From Pseudomonadales bacterium (GTDB lineage Bacteria > Pseudomonadota > Gammaproteobacteria > Pseudomonadales > UBA7434), in the NCBI GenBank assembly GCA_965263235.1, contig OZ253667.1, positions 642,189 to 706,188 of the forward strand: a stretch of DNA of 64,000 nt, given 5' to 3'. Shown piece by piece: positions 24,027-35,000 of this stretch. Under the pieces are notes generated by a model. That model saw only the letters and a list, made by a program, of their open reading frames with translations, did no database searches and was not told the origin of the DNA. The first letter of the stretch is position 1, and the number at the start of each line of letters is the position of its first letter. The translations under genes were made by a program, and so were the position numbers.

Positions 24027-24940
24027 TGAGTCTTGCAGATATCCCCAGTTATCTCGACCAGTCTGAGGCAGTTCGTGATCGATTTGAGCGCTTAAAGCAA
24101 AGGCCGGTTTCTCTGGAAGTAAAGAATTTAAGCAAGCAGTTTCAAACAGCTAAGTCTACTGTCACTGCGTTGGATAATATTAACTTTAGGGCGTATAAGC
24201 GCGAATTCGTTTGCGTAATAGGCCCGTCGGGTTGCGGAAAATCTACGCTGGTTAGAATTCTAGCGGGGCTTGAAAGCGCTAGTAGTGGTGAGGTTCTGCT
24301 TAACGGCGAGATTATAGATAGTCCTGGTTCGGATCGGGGGATGGTATTTCAGGGTTACACCTTGTTCCCCTGGCTTAGCGTAAAGCGGAACGTTATGTTT
24401 GGTTTGCTCGAATCGGGATGCGGAGTGGTTGAGGCAGAAGAGCAGGCTTTGCAGTGGATTGACCTGGTTGGGCTGTCAAAGTTTGTCGACGCATATCCAC
24501 ACCAGCTTTCGGGCGGAATGAAACAGCGAGTGGCGATTGCAAGAGCGCTGGCAAACCAGCCAAAGATATTATTAATGGATGAGCCGTTTGGCGCGTTAGA
24601 CCCGCAGACGCGCTGTAAAATGCAATCTCATCTTATGGAAATTTGGCAAAACATTGATATCACAGTTGTGTTTATTACGCATGATCTCGATGAGGCAATT
24701 TACCTTGCCGATCGGATACTGGTGCTTGATGCACACCCTGGCCGTGTGCGCGAGGTAATAGAGGTGCCCGTGCCTCAGCCGCGAGATAGCAGCCAGCTTT
24801 TAAGCCCAGAGTTTCTCGCCACAAAACAAAGGTTGGAAGAACTTGTCCACCCGGAAGATATTGAAACGTCCGACAGTGAAGACAAACTGAATATGGTGCG
24901 TATGGTCGGTTTAGATGGCGATGTACCGAGTGTATTTTAA
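24026..24940 (+). CDS. ABC transporter ATP-binding protein
   Basis: 304 aa with Walker [10 protein letters not shown], signature LSGGMKQR and Walker B LLMDEPF. Confidence 0.92.
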   Translation: MSLADIPSYLDQSEAVRDRFERLKQRPVSLEVKNLSKQFQTAKSTVTALDNINFRAYKREFVCVIGPSGCGKSTLVRILAGLESASSGEVLLNGEIIDSPGSDRGMVFQGYTLFPWLSVKRNVMFGLLESGCGVVEAEEQALQWIDLVGLSKFVDAYPHQLSGGMKQRVAIARALANQPKILLMDEPFGALDPQTRCKMQSHLMEIWQNIDITVVFITHDLDEAIYLADRILVLDAHPGRVREVIEVPVPQPRDSSQLLSPEFLATKQRLEELVHPEDIETSDSEDKLNMVRMVGLDGDVPSVF

Positions 24941-24988
24941 ATCGCGGTTTCAAAAGTAAATTTGCGAAGATCTAACTAAAAACATTTT

Positions 24989-25738
24989 ATGAGTGAGTAT
25001 ATTAAATCCATTGATTATAAGACGCGGTTGCCGTCGGGAGCGCACTGGTCGCTGCGCGCACGTAAGGGCACGATTATGCGCCTGACTGATCCCGGAGGAT
25101 CTGCCAATGTCGGCATGATGTTCTACAATCCAGAAAATCTGCTTGAGCGATATAACGCACCGGATACGCTTAAATGCCAGCACACATTTAAATTAACTCG
25201 TGGTAATTGTCTTTATTCAGATATGGGGCGTATTTTCGCTTCGGTAGTTGATGATGAATTTGGTTGGCACGATACTGTTTGTGGAAATATCAGGGCAGAG
25301 CATGTCGAAGAGCGATGGGGTGAAAGAAATTATCAGCAAGACCGAAACGGGTGGAAACAAAATGGCCACGACTCGTTTCTTGTAGAGCTCGCCAAATACG
25401 GTCTGGGGCCTGCCGATCTGGGCGCAAATGTTAACTGGTTTAGTAAAGTTGTTGTCGATGACGATGGTAATCTAACACTCGACACAGATGAGTCCTCTGC
25501 TAACGATAGTGTTATTCTGCGCTTCGAAATGGATACGTTGGTTGTTATGCACACTTGCCCGCACCCCTTCGATGTTAGCGACGATTACCCAAAGTTCTCA
25601 GTTGGTGTCGAGCTTGGCCTCGCGCAACCTGTTCAAGATGAAGACTATTGTAAGAACTTTCGACCTGAAAACGAGCGTGGCTTTGCAAACAATGCGCTCT
25701 ACCTGTTGGGTTTTGATGTTGCTGGAGCTGCTTTATGA
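24989..25738 (+). CDS. urea-carboxylase-associated DUF1989 protein (carboxyguanidine deiminase subunit-like)
   Basis: 249 aa. It is one of a paired DUF1989-type set immediately upstream of the carboxylase. Its stop overlaps the next start (ATGA). Confidence 0.75.
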   Translation: MSEYIKSIDYKTRLPSGAHWSLRARKGTIMRLTDPGGSANVGMMFYNPENLLERYNAPDTLKCQHTFKLTRGNCLYSDMGRIFASVVDDEFGWHDTVCGNIRAEHVEERWGERNYQQDRNGWKQNGHDSFLVELAKYGLGPADLGANVNWFSKVVVDDDGNLTLDTDESSANDSVILRFEMDTLVVMHTCPHPFDVSDDYPKFSVGVELGLAQPVQDEDYCKNFRPENERGFANNALYLLGFDVAGAAL

Positions 25739-26376
25739 TTCTTGAATCCCAACTGGAAGTCGAAAAATCGATTCTACGTGAAGTGGTTGAAGCGGGCGAT
25801 TATTATATTGGCGTCGCAAAGGAGGGGGAAACGTTTCGTATCTTGGATCTGGAAGGTAACCAGGCTGCCGATATCCTGTTTTTCAATGCCAATAATCCTG
25901 AGGAGCGCTATAGCGCGATGGACACTATCCGGGAGCAGGGCAATGTTTATCTAACGGCTGGATCACAGTTGCGCTCCAGCAGTAATAATGTGATGTTGAC
26001 CATTACCGCAGATACCTGTGGTCGCCACGATACTTTAGGTGGCGCTTGCGCTACAGAGAGTAATACAGTGCGTTACGATCTGGAAAAACGCCATATGCAC
26101 GCCTGCCGCGATAGCTGGATGTTGGCTATCGCCGAAAACCCGCATTATGGCATCGACAAAAGCAATATAGGTCACAATATCAATTTTTTTATGAACGTGC
26201 CTATTACCAGGGAAGGCGGATTGACCTTTGCAGACGGTATTTCAGCGCCGGGTAAATATGTAGAGCTTCGTGCAGAAATGGACGTTATCGTACTTATTTC
26301 AAACTGTCCGCAGTTAAACAATCCCTGCAATGCTTACAACCCTACGCCAATTGAATACTTGCTCTGGAGCGCTTAA
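25735..26376 (+). CDS. urea-carboxylase-associated DUF1989 protein (second subunit-like)
   Basis: 213 aa. It is a paralogue-like partner of the preceding ORF and is translationally coupled to it. Confidence 0.75.
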   Translation: MILESQLEVEKSILREVVEAGDYYIGVAKEGETFRILDLEGNQAADILFFNANNPEERYSAMDTIREQGNVYLTAGSQLRSSSNNVMLTITADTCGRHDTLGGACATESNTVRYDLEKRHMHACRDSWMLAIAENPHYGIDKSNIGHNINFFMNVPITREGGLTFADGISAPGKYVELRAEMDVIVLISNCPQLNNPCNAYNPTPIEYLLWSA

Positions 26377-26476
26377 GCCCTTTTTCATAACCTCGGCGGA
26401 CGACCGCTGTTGTATTGATTCGCATCTGCTTTAGTTGCGGAGCTACGTGATTCGGGACGGCCCGGGACAAAGTCAG

Positions 26477-29400
26477 GTGTTTAAAAAAGTTCTAATCGCT
26501 AATCGTGGCGCAATCGCGAACCGGATTATTCGCACGTTAAAAAAGCACTCAATCACTTCGGTTGCGATGTACGCTGAAAGTGATATCGACAGCCTGCATG
26601 TTCAAAATGCTGACGAGGCGTATAGTCTTGGAGAAGGTGCTGCGGCTCAAACTTATCTCGACCAGCAGAAGGTGATTGCTATCGCGAAGCGTTGCGGTGC
26701 GGAAGCCATTCATCCTGGCTATGGTTTTCTTTCTGAAAACCCCGACTTTGTTGAGCTATGTAAAAAAAATAATATTGTTTTTATCGGTCCTACTAGCGAC
26801 CAGATGCAGGTTTTCGGATTAAAGCATCGTGCGCGTGAAGTTGCCGAGCAGGCAAATGTTCCGCTACTCCCTGGCAGTGATTTGCTCAAAGACCTTTCCT
26901 CAGCAATATCTAGTGCCGAGGAAATTACCTATCCCCTTATGTTGAAAAGCACGGCTGGCGGCGGGGGTATTGGTATGCAATTGTGTCACTCGCAGGCAGA
27001 GCTAGAGCAAGCATTTGATTCGGTTAAGCGCTTGAGCGCGAATAATTTTTCAAATGATGGTGTGTTTCTAGAAAAATTTATTGCACGTGCCCGGCATATC
27101 GAAGTTCAGGTTTTTGGCGATGGCAAAGGAAGCGCGCTTGCTATTGGGGAGCGCGATTGTTCGAGCCAGCGACGAAATCAAAAAGTGGTAGAGGAGTGCC
27201 CTGCGCCAAATCTGAATGACGTGATAAGGCATAGGCTTTATCAAACCGCCGAACAGCTGTTGTCCAGCGTGAACTATCGTAATGCCGGGACAGTGGAGTT
27301 TATCCTCGACGCAGATACTAACGAATTTTATTTTCTTGAGGTAAATACACGTCTGCAGGTAGAGCATGGTGTTACCGAAGAAGTCTATAAGGTGGATTTG
27401 GTCGAGTGGATGTTGCGCTGTGCTGCCGGCGAAAATCTAAGCCTGGCCGAAAAGCGTGAGGCGTTAGTGCCAGAAGGTCACGCGATACAAGTACGTATCT
27501 ATGCAGAGGATCCCTGTAAAGATTTTCAGCCCAGCCCTGGTTCGCTAAGTAAAGTTCAGTTTCCAAAAAAGGCTGGGTTGCGTGTCGATCACTGGGTAAC
27601 GTCTGGAATTGAAATTCCACCCTATTTTGACCCAATGATCGCGAAGCTTATTTTTCACGCGCAAGATAGAGTCGCTGCTATAAGTGGTTTGCAAAAAGCG
27701 CTTGGTGAAACATGCCTGTATGGCAGCCAAACCAATTTGTCTTATGTGAAAGCTTTGTTGGATGACAAAGTAATACGCGATGGGCAGGTTACTACGCGTT
27801 ATTTAAATGATTTTAAGTTTTCATCTGCGCGTATCGATGTTGTAAGTGGTGGTACGCAAACAACTATTCAGGACTATCCTGCACGGACGGGATATTGGGA
27901 TGTTGGCGTCCCTCCTTCTGGCCCCTTTGACAGTTATGCGTTTCGACTTGCTAACCGTTTGCTGGAAAATGAAGAGCAGGCAGCAGGTCTGGAAATTACC
28001 ATGCAGGGGCCAACATTGCATTTTAGCTGCGACATGCAGTTTGTGCTTGCTGGCGCAGAAATTGATGCAGCGATTGACGGGGCGGTAGTTCCACTTAATG
28101 CGGTAGTTAGTATTAAGGCAGGACAAACGCTTGTTCTGGGCCGCGTTGCTGAGCAGGGTTCGCGGACATACCTTTGTGTGCGCGGCGGATTACAATGCCC
28201 ACGATATTTGGGTTCGCGATCTACGTTCACGCTGGGTCAATTTGGCGGCCACAATGGTCGGGCGCTCTGTGCTGGGGATGTGTTACAGCTAAATGCATCG
28301 GCGACGGAATGTGAACAAAAAACGCTGGACAAGGCTCTAGTGCCGGTTTTTTCTAATCAATGGGATTTGCGTGTTGTTTATGGTCCACATGGTGCTCCCG
28401 ATTTTTTTACCAAAGAAGATATCGATGCATTTTTTGATGTTGACTGGGAGGTGCACTATAACTCCAGCCGGACTGGAATTAGGTTGGTGGGGCCAAAGCC
28501 TCAATGGGCACGTAAAGATGGTGGTGAAGCGGGGCTGCATCCATCTAACATACACGATAATGCGTATGCGTTTGGCACCGTCGATTTTACCGGGGATATG
28601 CCTGTAATTCTTGGGCCAGATGGTCCTTCGCTGGGTGGCTTTGTATGTCCTGCCACTGTTATCCAGGCGGATTTGTGGAAGCTGGGCCAGCTGCGTGCCG
28701 GCGACAAGATCCGGTTTGTATCAGTGAATGTCAAGACGGCCGTGCAGCTTGAAAAAGAACAGCTTCAGTTAATAGACAAGCTAAAACCTGTTGACGTTGT
28801 TGCGCCTTTTGTAGAAAGAACCTCCCCAATATTAGCCAGGCTCGACAAAGCCGAGGTTGGCGTTGATGTCGTTTATCGTGCAGCGGGAGATCATTTTTTA
28901 TTGGTTGAGTATGGTGATTTGGTACTCGACATCGAGCTTCGTTTTCGCGCACATGCCTTAATGCGATGGCTGGAAGAGAATCGGGTAGACGGTGTCAGGG
29001 AGTTAACTCCAGGGATACGCTCGTTACAAATTCATTATGACAGCCAGCTTATTGGTTGTGATTCGCTAATAGAGCATGTTCAGTGTGGTGAACGGGAGTT
29101 AGCTGGCAAGCTGGATGAGATTAAAGTGCCTTCGCGAATTGTCTACCTTCCGTTGTCCTGGGACGACAAAGCTTGTAAGCATGCCGTAGAAAAATATGAG
29201 CAAAGCGTTAGGGAAAATGCGCCATGGTGTCCAAGTAATTTAGAATTTATCCGGCGTATTAACGGACTTAATTCCATTGAAGATGTTAAAGAGATTGTAT
29301 TTTCAGCATCGTATCTGGTGATGGGTTTAGGTGATGTTTATTTGGGTGCGCCTGTGGCGACGCCAATCGACCCTCGACATCGCCTTGTTACTACTAAATA

Positions 29401-30064
29401 TAATCCCGCGCGTACATGGACTGCCGAAAACTCGGTTGGTATTGGTGGTTCCTATTTGTGTGTTTATGGAATGGAAGGGCCGGGGGGCTATCAGTTTGTC
29501 GGTCGAACGTTGCAAATGTGGAACCGATTTAAAAAGACTAACGAATTTTCCAAGCCCTGGCTGCTGCGCTTTTTCGACCAGATTCGATTCTATCCGGTTT
29601 CTCACGATGAGCTTATGCAAATCCGTAAGGATTTTCCGCAGGGGCGTTACTCGCTTCGTATTGAAGAAAACGAGTTTAGTGTTGGCGAATATAAGCGGTT
29701 TGTTGCAAGTAATCAGTCGGAAATTGATAAGTTTAGCGTTTCTCGAGAGTCGGCTTTTAATGCAGAACTGGAAAACTGGCATGCGACGGGCCAGTTCAAC
29801 TTTACACCTAAAGAACAAACATCTACCGAAGCTAGCGTCGAATGGCCAGAGGGTAGCTCAGTAGTTGATAGCCCGGTTTCTGGCAGTGTTTGGAAGATTG
29901 AAGTTGAAACTGGTCAGCTGGTTGAATCGGGAGAGTGCCTGATGATTTTGGAGTCGATGAAGATGGAAATACCAATCCACGCACCTGTCGCTGGCGTGGT
30001 CAATCATGTTTTGCTTAAAGAAGGTCAGCGGGTAAATGCTGGTCAGGCCCTGTTGGTTCTGTGA
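26477..30064 (+). CDS. biotin-dependent urea/guanidine carboxylase
   Basis: It has a biotin carboxylase N-terminus (KKVLIANRGAIANRI), an ATP-grasp domain, allophanate-hydrolase-subunit-like (KipA/KipI) central domains and a C-terminal biotinyl motif ESMKME. The ORF is open from 26435, but an in-frame GTG at 26477 gives the usual MFKKVLIANRG-type N-terminus. Confidence 0.9.
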   Translation: MFKKVLIANRGAIANRIIRTLKKHSITSVAMYAESDIDSLHVQNADEAYSLGEGAAAQTYLDQQKVIAIAKRCGAEAIHPGYGFLSENPDFVELCKKNNIVFIGPTSDQMQVFGLKHRAREVAEQANVPLLPGSDLLKDLSSAISSAEEITYPLMLKSTAGGGGIGMQLCHSQAELEQAFDSVKRLSANNFSNDGVFLEKFIARARHIEVQVFGDGKGSALAIGERDCSSQRRNQKVVEECPAPNLNDVIRHRLYQTAEQLLSSVNYRNAGTVEFILDADTNEFYFLEVNTRLQVEHGVTEEVYKVDLVEWMLRCAAGENLSLAEKREALVPEGHAIQVRIYAEDPCKDFQPSPGSLSKVQFPKKAGLRVDHWVTSGIEIPPYFDPMIAKLIFHAQDRVAAISGLQKALGETCLYGSQTNLSYVKALLDDKVIRDGQVTTRYLNDFKFSSARIDVVSGGTQTTIQDYPARTGYWDVGVPPSGPFDSYAFRLANRLLENEEQAAGLEITMQGPTLHFSCDMQFVLAGAEIDAAIDGAVVPLNAVVSIKAGQTLVLGRVAEQGSRTYLCVRGGLQCPRYLGSRSTFTLGQFGGHNGRALCAGDVLQLNASATECEQKTLDKALVPVFSNQWDLRVVYGPHGAPDFFTKEDIDAFFDVDWEVHYNSSRTGIRLVGPKPQWARKDGGEAGLHPSNIHDNAYAFGTVDFTGDMPVILGPDGPSLGGFVCPATVIQADLWKLGQLRAGDKIRFVSVNVKTAVQLEKEQLQLIDKLKPVDVVAPFVERTSPILARLDKAEVGVDVVYRAAGDHFLLVEYGDLVLDIELRFRAHALMRWLEENRVDGVRELTPGIRSLQIHYDSQLIGCDSLIEHVQCGERELAGKLDEIKVPSRIVYLPLSWDDKACKHAVEKYEQSVRENAPWCPSNLEFIRRINGLNSIEDVKEIVFSASYLVMGLGDVYLGAPVATPIDPRHRLVTTKYNPARTWTAENSVGIGGSYLCVYGMEGPGGYQFVGRTLQMWNRFKKTNEFSKPWLLRFFDQIRFYPVSHDELMQIRKDFPQGRYSLRIEENEFSVGEYKRFVASNQSEIDKFSVSRESAFNAELENWHATGQFNFTPKEQTSTEASVEWPEGSSVVDSPVSGSVWKIEVETGQLVESGECLMILESMKMEIPIHAPVAGVVNHVLLKEGQRVNAGQALLVL

Positions 30065-30075
30065 GAGAGTTTTAG

Positions 30076-31920
30076 ATGGCTACTGGTTTCGAAGAATTAG
30101 ATGTTTTGTCTATTGGGGCAGTTCGAGACGCATATTTGCGCGATCAATTAACGCCTGCACAGCTGTTGGCTGAGCTCGACAGGAGAAACGAGCAGTACGA
30201 ATCACATAATATCTGGATATACCGGTTGAGCGATAAGGAGTTAACACCTTATATTGAGGGTCTCAAAGAAAAGGATCCAGAAACACATTCATTGTGGGGC
30301 GTCCCCTTTGCGATTAAAGATAATATTGATTTAGCAGGTGTTCCGACGACTGCCGCTTGCCCCGAGTTTTCTTATATGCCTCGCGAATCTGCAACTGTGG
30401 TGCAGAAGTTGATTGATGCTGGCGCGATACCGATCGGCAAAACCAATCTTGATCAATTTGCAACAGGGCTGAATGGTACTCGCTCGCCTTATGGAGAATG
30501 TAGAAACGCGTTTAATGCCGATTATATCAGCGGTGGATCGAGCGCTGGTTCTGCGGTGTCGGTCGCGCTGGGTTTGGTCAGTTTTAGCCTGGGTACAGAT
30601 ACGGCTGGTTCGGGCCGAGTGCCAGCCTGCTTTAATAATTTGATTGGTGTAAAACCAACGCGGGGTTTGCTGTCGGCGAAAGGTATGCTGCCTGCGTGCA
30701 AGAGTTTAGACTGTATGACAGTATTTGCGCTTCACGCGAATGACGCAAATACGGTGCTCTCGGTTGCCGAGGGCTTTGATTTTGGTGATGCTTATAGTAA
30801 AAAAAATACCTACGCTAATTCAGCTCGGCAATTTGGTAGTCATGAAGGCGAGCTCAAAGTAGGCGTGATAAAACCTGAGCAACTGCAGTTTTTTGGCAGC
30901 TCCGCCTACCAGCAAGCTTATGCGCAAACAGTTGAAACGTTAGATCAGGGCATTGCGGATCATTGCAGAATTGAATGGGTGGAAATTGACTACATACCAT
31001 TTGATGAGGCTGCGAAGCTTTTGTATGAAGGCCCGTGGGTGGCTGAGCGCTACTTAGCTACGCAGCCGTTAATCGATGATAACCCCGATGCAGTTTTTCC
31101 AGTCGTGCGCGGAATTATCGAGCAGGGTAAGCAGCCAAAAGCCAGCGAACTGTTTAAGGCGCAGTATCGGCTGCAGGCTCTAAAGCAAGTGTGTGATGCC
31201 GCTATCGAAAAAGTTGATTGTCTTTTGTTACCCACTGCTGGTTGTTGTTTTACCATTAAAGAAATGTTAGATCAGCCGGTGCTGCGAAATAGTCAGCTAG
31301 GCCACTACACCAATTTTATGAATTTACTCGATTACGCTGCTGTTGCTGTGCCGACCCAGATTGCGAGTAACGGTCTGCCATTCGGAATTACGTTGGTTGC
31401 CGATGCCTTTAGTGATCGCAAATTACTATCGATTGCTAATGGTTTTAGCAATCTATTTGATTTGCCTTTGGGCGCATCAGATATGCGTGAAAAAAAATCG
31501 GTAAGGGCTGGTGTGAGTGATCTTAACCAAGTTGATGTGTTGGTATGCGGCGCGCACCTGTCTGGTTTGCCGTTGAATTGGCAGCTTGTCGAACGCGGGG
31601 CAAAGCTTAAAACCGCCACTAAAACGGCTTCCCAGTATCGCATGTATGCGCTCGCTGGTGGGCTGCCGTTTAGGCCAGGGCTTATTCTAGATAAGCAAAA
31701 AGGTAAAGCGATTGATGTCGAAGTGTGGCTCATGCCAATGAGCGAATTTGGTAGCTTTGTTAACGGCATACCCGCGCCGTTAGGGATAGGAAAGGTTGAG
31801 CTTGCGGACGGCTCGCATGTGAGTGGCTTTATTTGTGAGCCCTATGGTGTTGAAGGTGCTGAAGAAATCACTGAGTTAGGTGGTTGGAAAAAGTATTTAC
31901 AGCAAAAAAACTCCGCATAA
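30076..31920 (+). CDS. atzF: allophanate hydrolase
   Basis: 614 aa. It has the amidase signature GGSSAGSAVSVALG...GTDTAGSGRVPA plus the AtzF-type C-terminal domain, and it directly follows the carboxylase. Confidence 0.9.
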   Translation: MATGFEELDVLSIGAVRDAYLRDQLTPAQLLAELDRRNEQYESHNIWIYRLSDKELTPYIEGLKEKDPETHSLWGVPFAIKDNIDLAGVPTTAACPEFSYMPRESATVVQKLIDAGAIPIGKTNLDQFATGLNGTRSPYGECRNAFNADYISGGSSAGSAVSVALGLVSFSLGTDTAGSGRVPACFNNLIGVKPTRGLLSAKGMLPACKSLDCMTVFALHANDANTVLSVAEGFDFGDAYSKKNTYANSARQFGSHEGELKVGVIKPEQLQFFGSSAYQQAYAQTVETLDQGIADHCRIEWVEIDYIPFDEAAKLLYEGPWVAERYLATQPLIDDNPDAVFPVVRGIIEQGKQPKASELFKAQYRLQALKQVCDAAIEKVDCLLLPTAGCCFTIKEMLDQPVLRNSQLGHYTNFMNLLDYAAVAVPTQIASNGLPFGITLVADAFSDRKLLSIANGFSNLFDLPLGASDMREKKSVRAGVSDLNQVDVLVCGAHLSGLPLNWQLVERGAKLKTATKTASQYRMYALAGGLPFRPGLILDKQKGKAIDVEVWLMPMSEFGSFVNGIPAPLGIGKVELADGSHVSGFICEPYGVEGAEEITELGGWKKYLQQKNSA

Positions 31921-32098
31921 AAAATCACCATGTTACACATGGGTGACGATAATAAGAAATCGATTTCACAAATAGGTAGAAAAATCGAAATAAACTAGTC
32001 ACGCTCTTTTCACGAGCGGGCCGCAAGATAAAGAGATAAGTAGTGGCTTGTACGACTTAACGAGCCGCATACCTTCTTTCCTATAGCGGGCCGTTTCG

Positions 32099-35000
32099 AT
32101 GCAAATATCTAACACAGCTGTTTTTGTTTCTTTTTTATCAATTGCTTCGTTGTTATTTACAAGCAATGCCTTTGCTCGTTTCAAAGATATTGTAGCCAGC
32201 GCTGATGCACATATTGCCAGCGCTCAGGCGGGGGCTGTATTTGGCACTAATTCAAGCTTATTTCTTCAAAAAGGTGATGCGGGCGACGCGTTTGGCGATG
32301 AGCATGTCTGGTTGCAATTCGACCTCTCCGAACAGATTCCTGATAGTGCAACTATTTCGGAAGCAACGGTAAGGTTCTATATCTGGCGTGATCAAAATGA
32401 CAATGCTGATCTGGCTATAGAAGCAATAGGTGTTGAAGATAATTGGGATGAGACGAACCTCAGCTGGACTAGCGCGCAAAGTGTCACCGTCCTGGACATG
32501 ACTCCTGCGTCAGGGAACCTGGCTTCTACGGCCACGCTAAAGCAATCGCATGAGTTTTTGTGGTATGAACTGGATGTTACAGACTTTGTTGTCGATCAAT
32601 TTGCTAACGACGTCACTAAGAAAATAAGTGTTGCACTGCAAATAGATTCTGGGGTTGCCGTTCCGGCGACTGACATTCAGTTTCGTGCTAACTCGACTGA
32701 GTTTGATCCTGGCGATATCGCGCTTGGTACGTTTGCGCCGCGCTTGCGAGTGGAGTACAGCGGTGCATGGCCCACGTCGGCAAACGATATCACTATTATC
32801 CATACCAATGATATGCATTCGCGCCTGAATACGCATGACCTGGATTTTCCAGATGCTGACGGTGAAGCGCCGGCCTATGAAGAAGCGGGTGGCGCGCAGA
32901 ATGTTGCTGCGAAGGTTGTAGAGTTAAAACAAGCTAATCCTAACGCTTTAGTTCTGGATGCTGGTGATATATCTGAAGGTGGACCTCTCGGTGACTTGCG
33001 AGGTAACGGCGGAACCGTCGATTACTTTCAGATACTTAATTCGGCACTTGTTGGCCTCGGCGGGCGCGGAATCGATGGAATCGTAGTGGGTAATCACGAT
33101 GTGCGTGAAGCAGCCATGCTGGACAACATGCGTAATCCTGATGGCGACACACTTATCAACGGATGGATTAACTCTGGCGATCCGACTAGCTTTAGCGGTT
33201 TTGACACATTTAATGATCCGGCAATCACTGACCCCAACGATGTTCCCTATCTTGCAGTTAACTTGCTAACCGAAGGCGCTAGCATTCCTTCACCAGCCGA
33301 TTGGCCAATTGAATTGCCGTATCGTCCGTTCAATTTTATCACGATGCCTGATGGCACCAATGTAGCAGTGTTAGGTTACTTAACCGATGACTCGGCAGTG
33401 CTGACTGCCGAAACAGAAAACCTCATCGATGTTAAAGAGACCGTCTGGACAGATAGCGACACTAACACTGTCGATCTAAAAGATTGGGTCGAGTACCTGC
33501 GCAACACCAAAAACGCAGATGTTGTGGTCTTGCTTTCACATATTGGTCATCGTCGACTTAATGCAACAACTCAGCCCTTGCTGGGCTATGACGGCGATGT
33601 TGCGCCGCCAGATGTTGTAGTTTCGGGACACTGGCATACATGGACCAGAACTGCGTGGCAACCATCCAATTTAAACTATCTAACCACTAATGTTGAAGCG
33701 GCTTCTTATGGCCAGTATGTGGGTGAGCTAACGATAACGCCTAAAGGGCGTTACCTAAACGCAACCAAGCACGCGATGAAAGTCGCTGATATTGTTATTC
33801 CGGTGTCTGGAGCGGTGCGTGATGTTTACGACGATGTAAATCAGCTTTTGGCGGATTTGAACACCGAGTACAACAACCAGACTGCCGCAGATGCTGAGCA
33901 TGACCCCTGTGTCCTTGTCGAGGAAGGTCATTTAACGGCGGCTCAGGTTCAGGTTGGCTTCCCTGCTTTTAGCGCAGGCGACAACTGTCCGCTGGATCTC
34001 GTGGTAGGGCAGTCGTTGGTTGACCTAAACCTCGATAAAGACAAGTGGAATACGTTAAGTGAGTTTCCGTGGAGTGGAGATAACACCGCAGGCGGATGGA
34101 TTACTGATGGCATGGTTTGGAAGGTTGAAGATCTTGGGCTTGTGGCGGATCTTGCGTTTCAAACGGGTGGTGGCATTCGTCGCGACCTGGCAGCGGGTGA
34201 TCTCACTTATCGCGAAATTTACGAAGCCTATCCGTGGGATGATGATGGCATGGTGCGGGTACAAATGACCAGCGAACAGGTTGTCGATTTTATCGAAGAC
34301 AAGTTCGTAGGTGCGTCGGTGTCTTCACGCTGGCAGATCGTTGCAACTGATGGCCAGGTAGATTCGGTATCTGTTGACACTGATAGCAACGGTAGTTTTG
34401 AAACTGTGCTTGATCGCACTGACGCCGTGACGACATGGAATGTGGTTATCAGTGAGTACATGTACGAAAACGAAGACTTTATTAGTGAGTCTACTGGCAG
34501 TTCCCAGACGTTCGATCAGATTGACCCTACTCCCGAGTTTATTGATGAAAACGGAAACATTTCTGGAACGCTTCCCGCGAGTCCGTTAGAGATTCGAAAT
34601 AGTGTAATCGAATACACGCATCTAAATAGCCCTATTGACGTCAATGGGCCTCGTTACGTTTTGAACACCGAAATTGCCGGTGAGTTTGAGGCTGTTGTGA
34701 CGATGGTCAACGATATGGAAGATCAGCCCTATTTTGAAGCAGTGTTTGTCCGATTGCTTAATCCCACAAGTGAAACGTTAGCACGCAGAAACCTGCCGGG
34801 TGATGACTGGGGCCTGGATGGTCTGCTTAACGAGGATGGTAGCTTTGTCGACGGGCATCGTTTTACTGAAACCATGCTTTATCGCAGCCATTTAGGGTTC
34901 CCCGACGGTTATCTGCAGGTCGGAGACGTGTTAACCATTAAAGGAGAGTTTGGTTTCTTCAACGGTAACCCTCAGTTTGTTGACCAGGAAGGTATTTTGA

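Noticed and set aside
29327-29864. 163-aa (minus) and 177-aa (plus, alternate frame) ORFs inside the carboxylase gene.
   Set aside because: They overlap a continuous, motif-rich 1209-aa reading frame. They are most likely chance ORFs.
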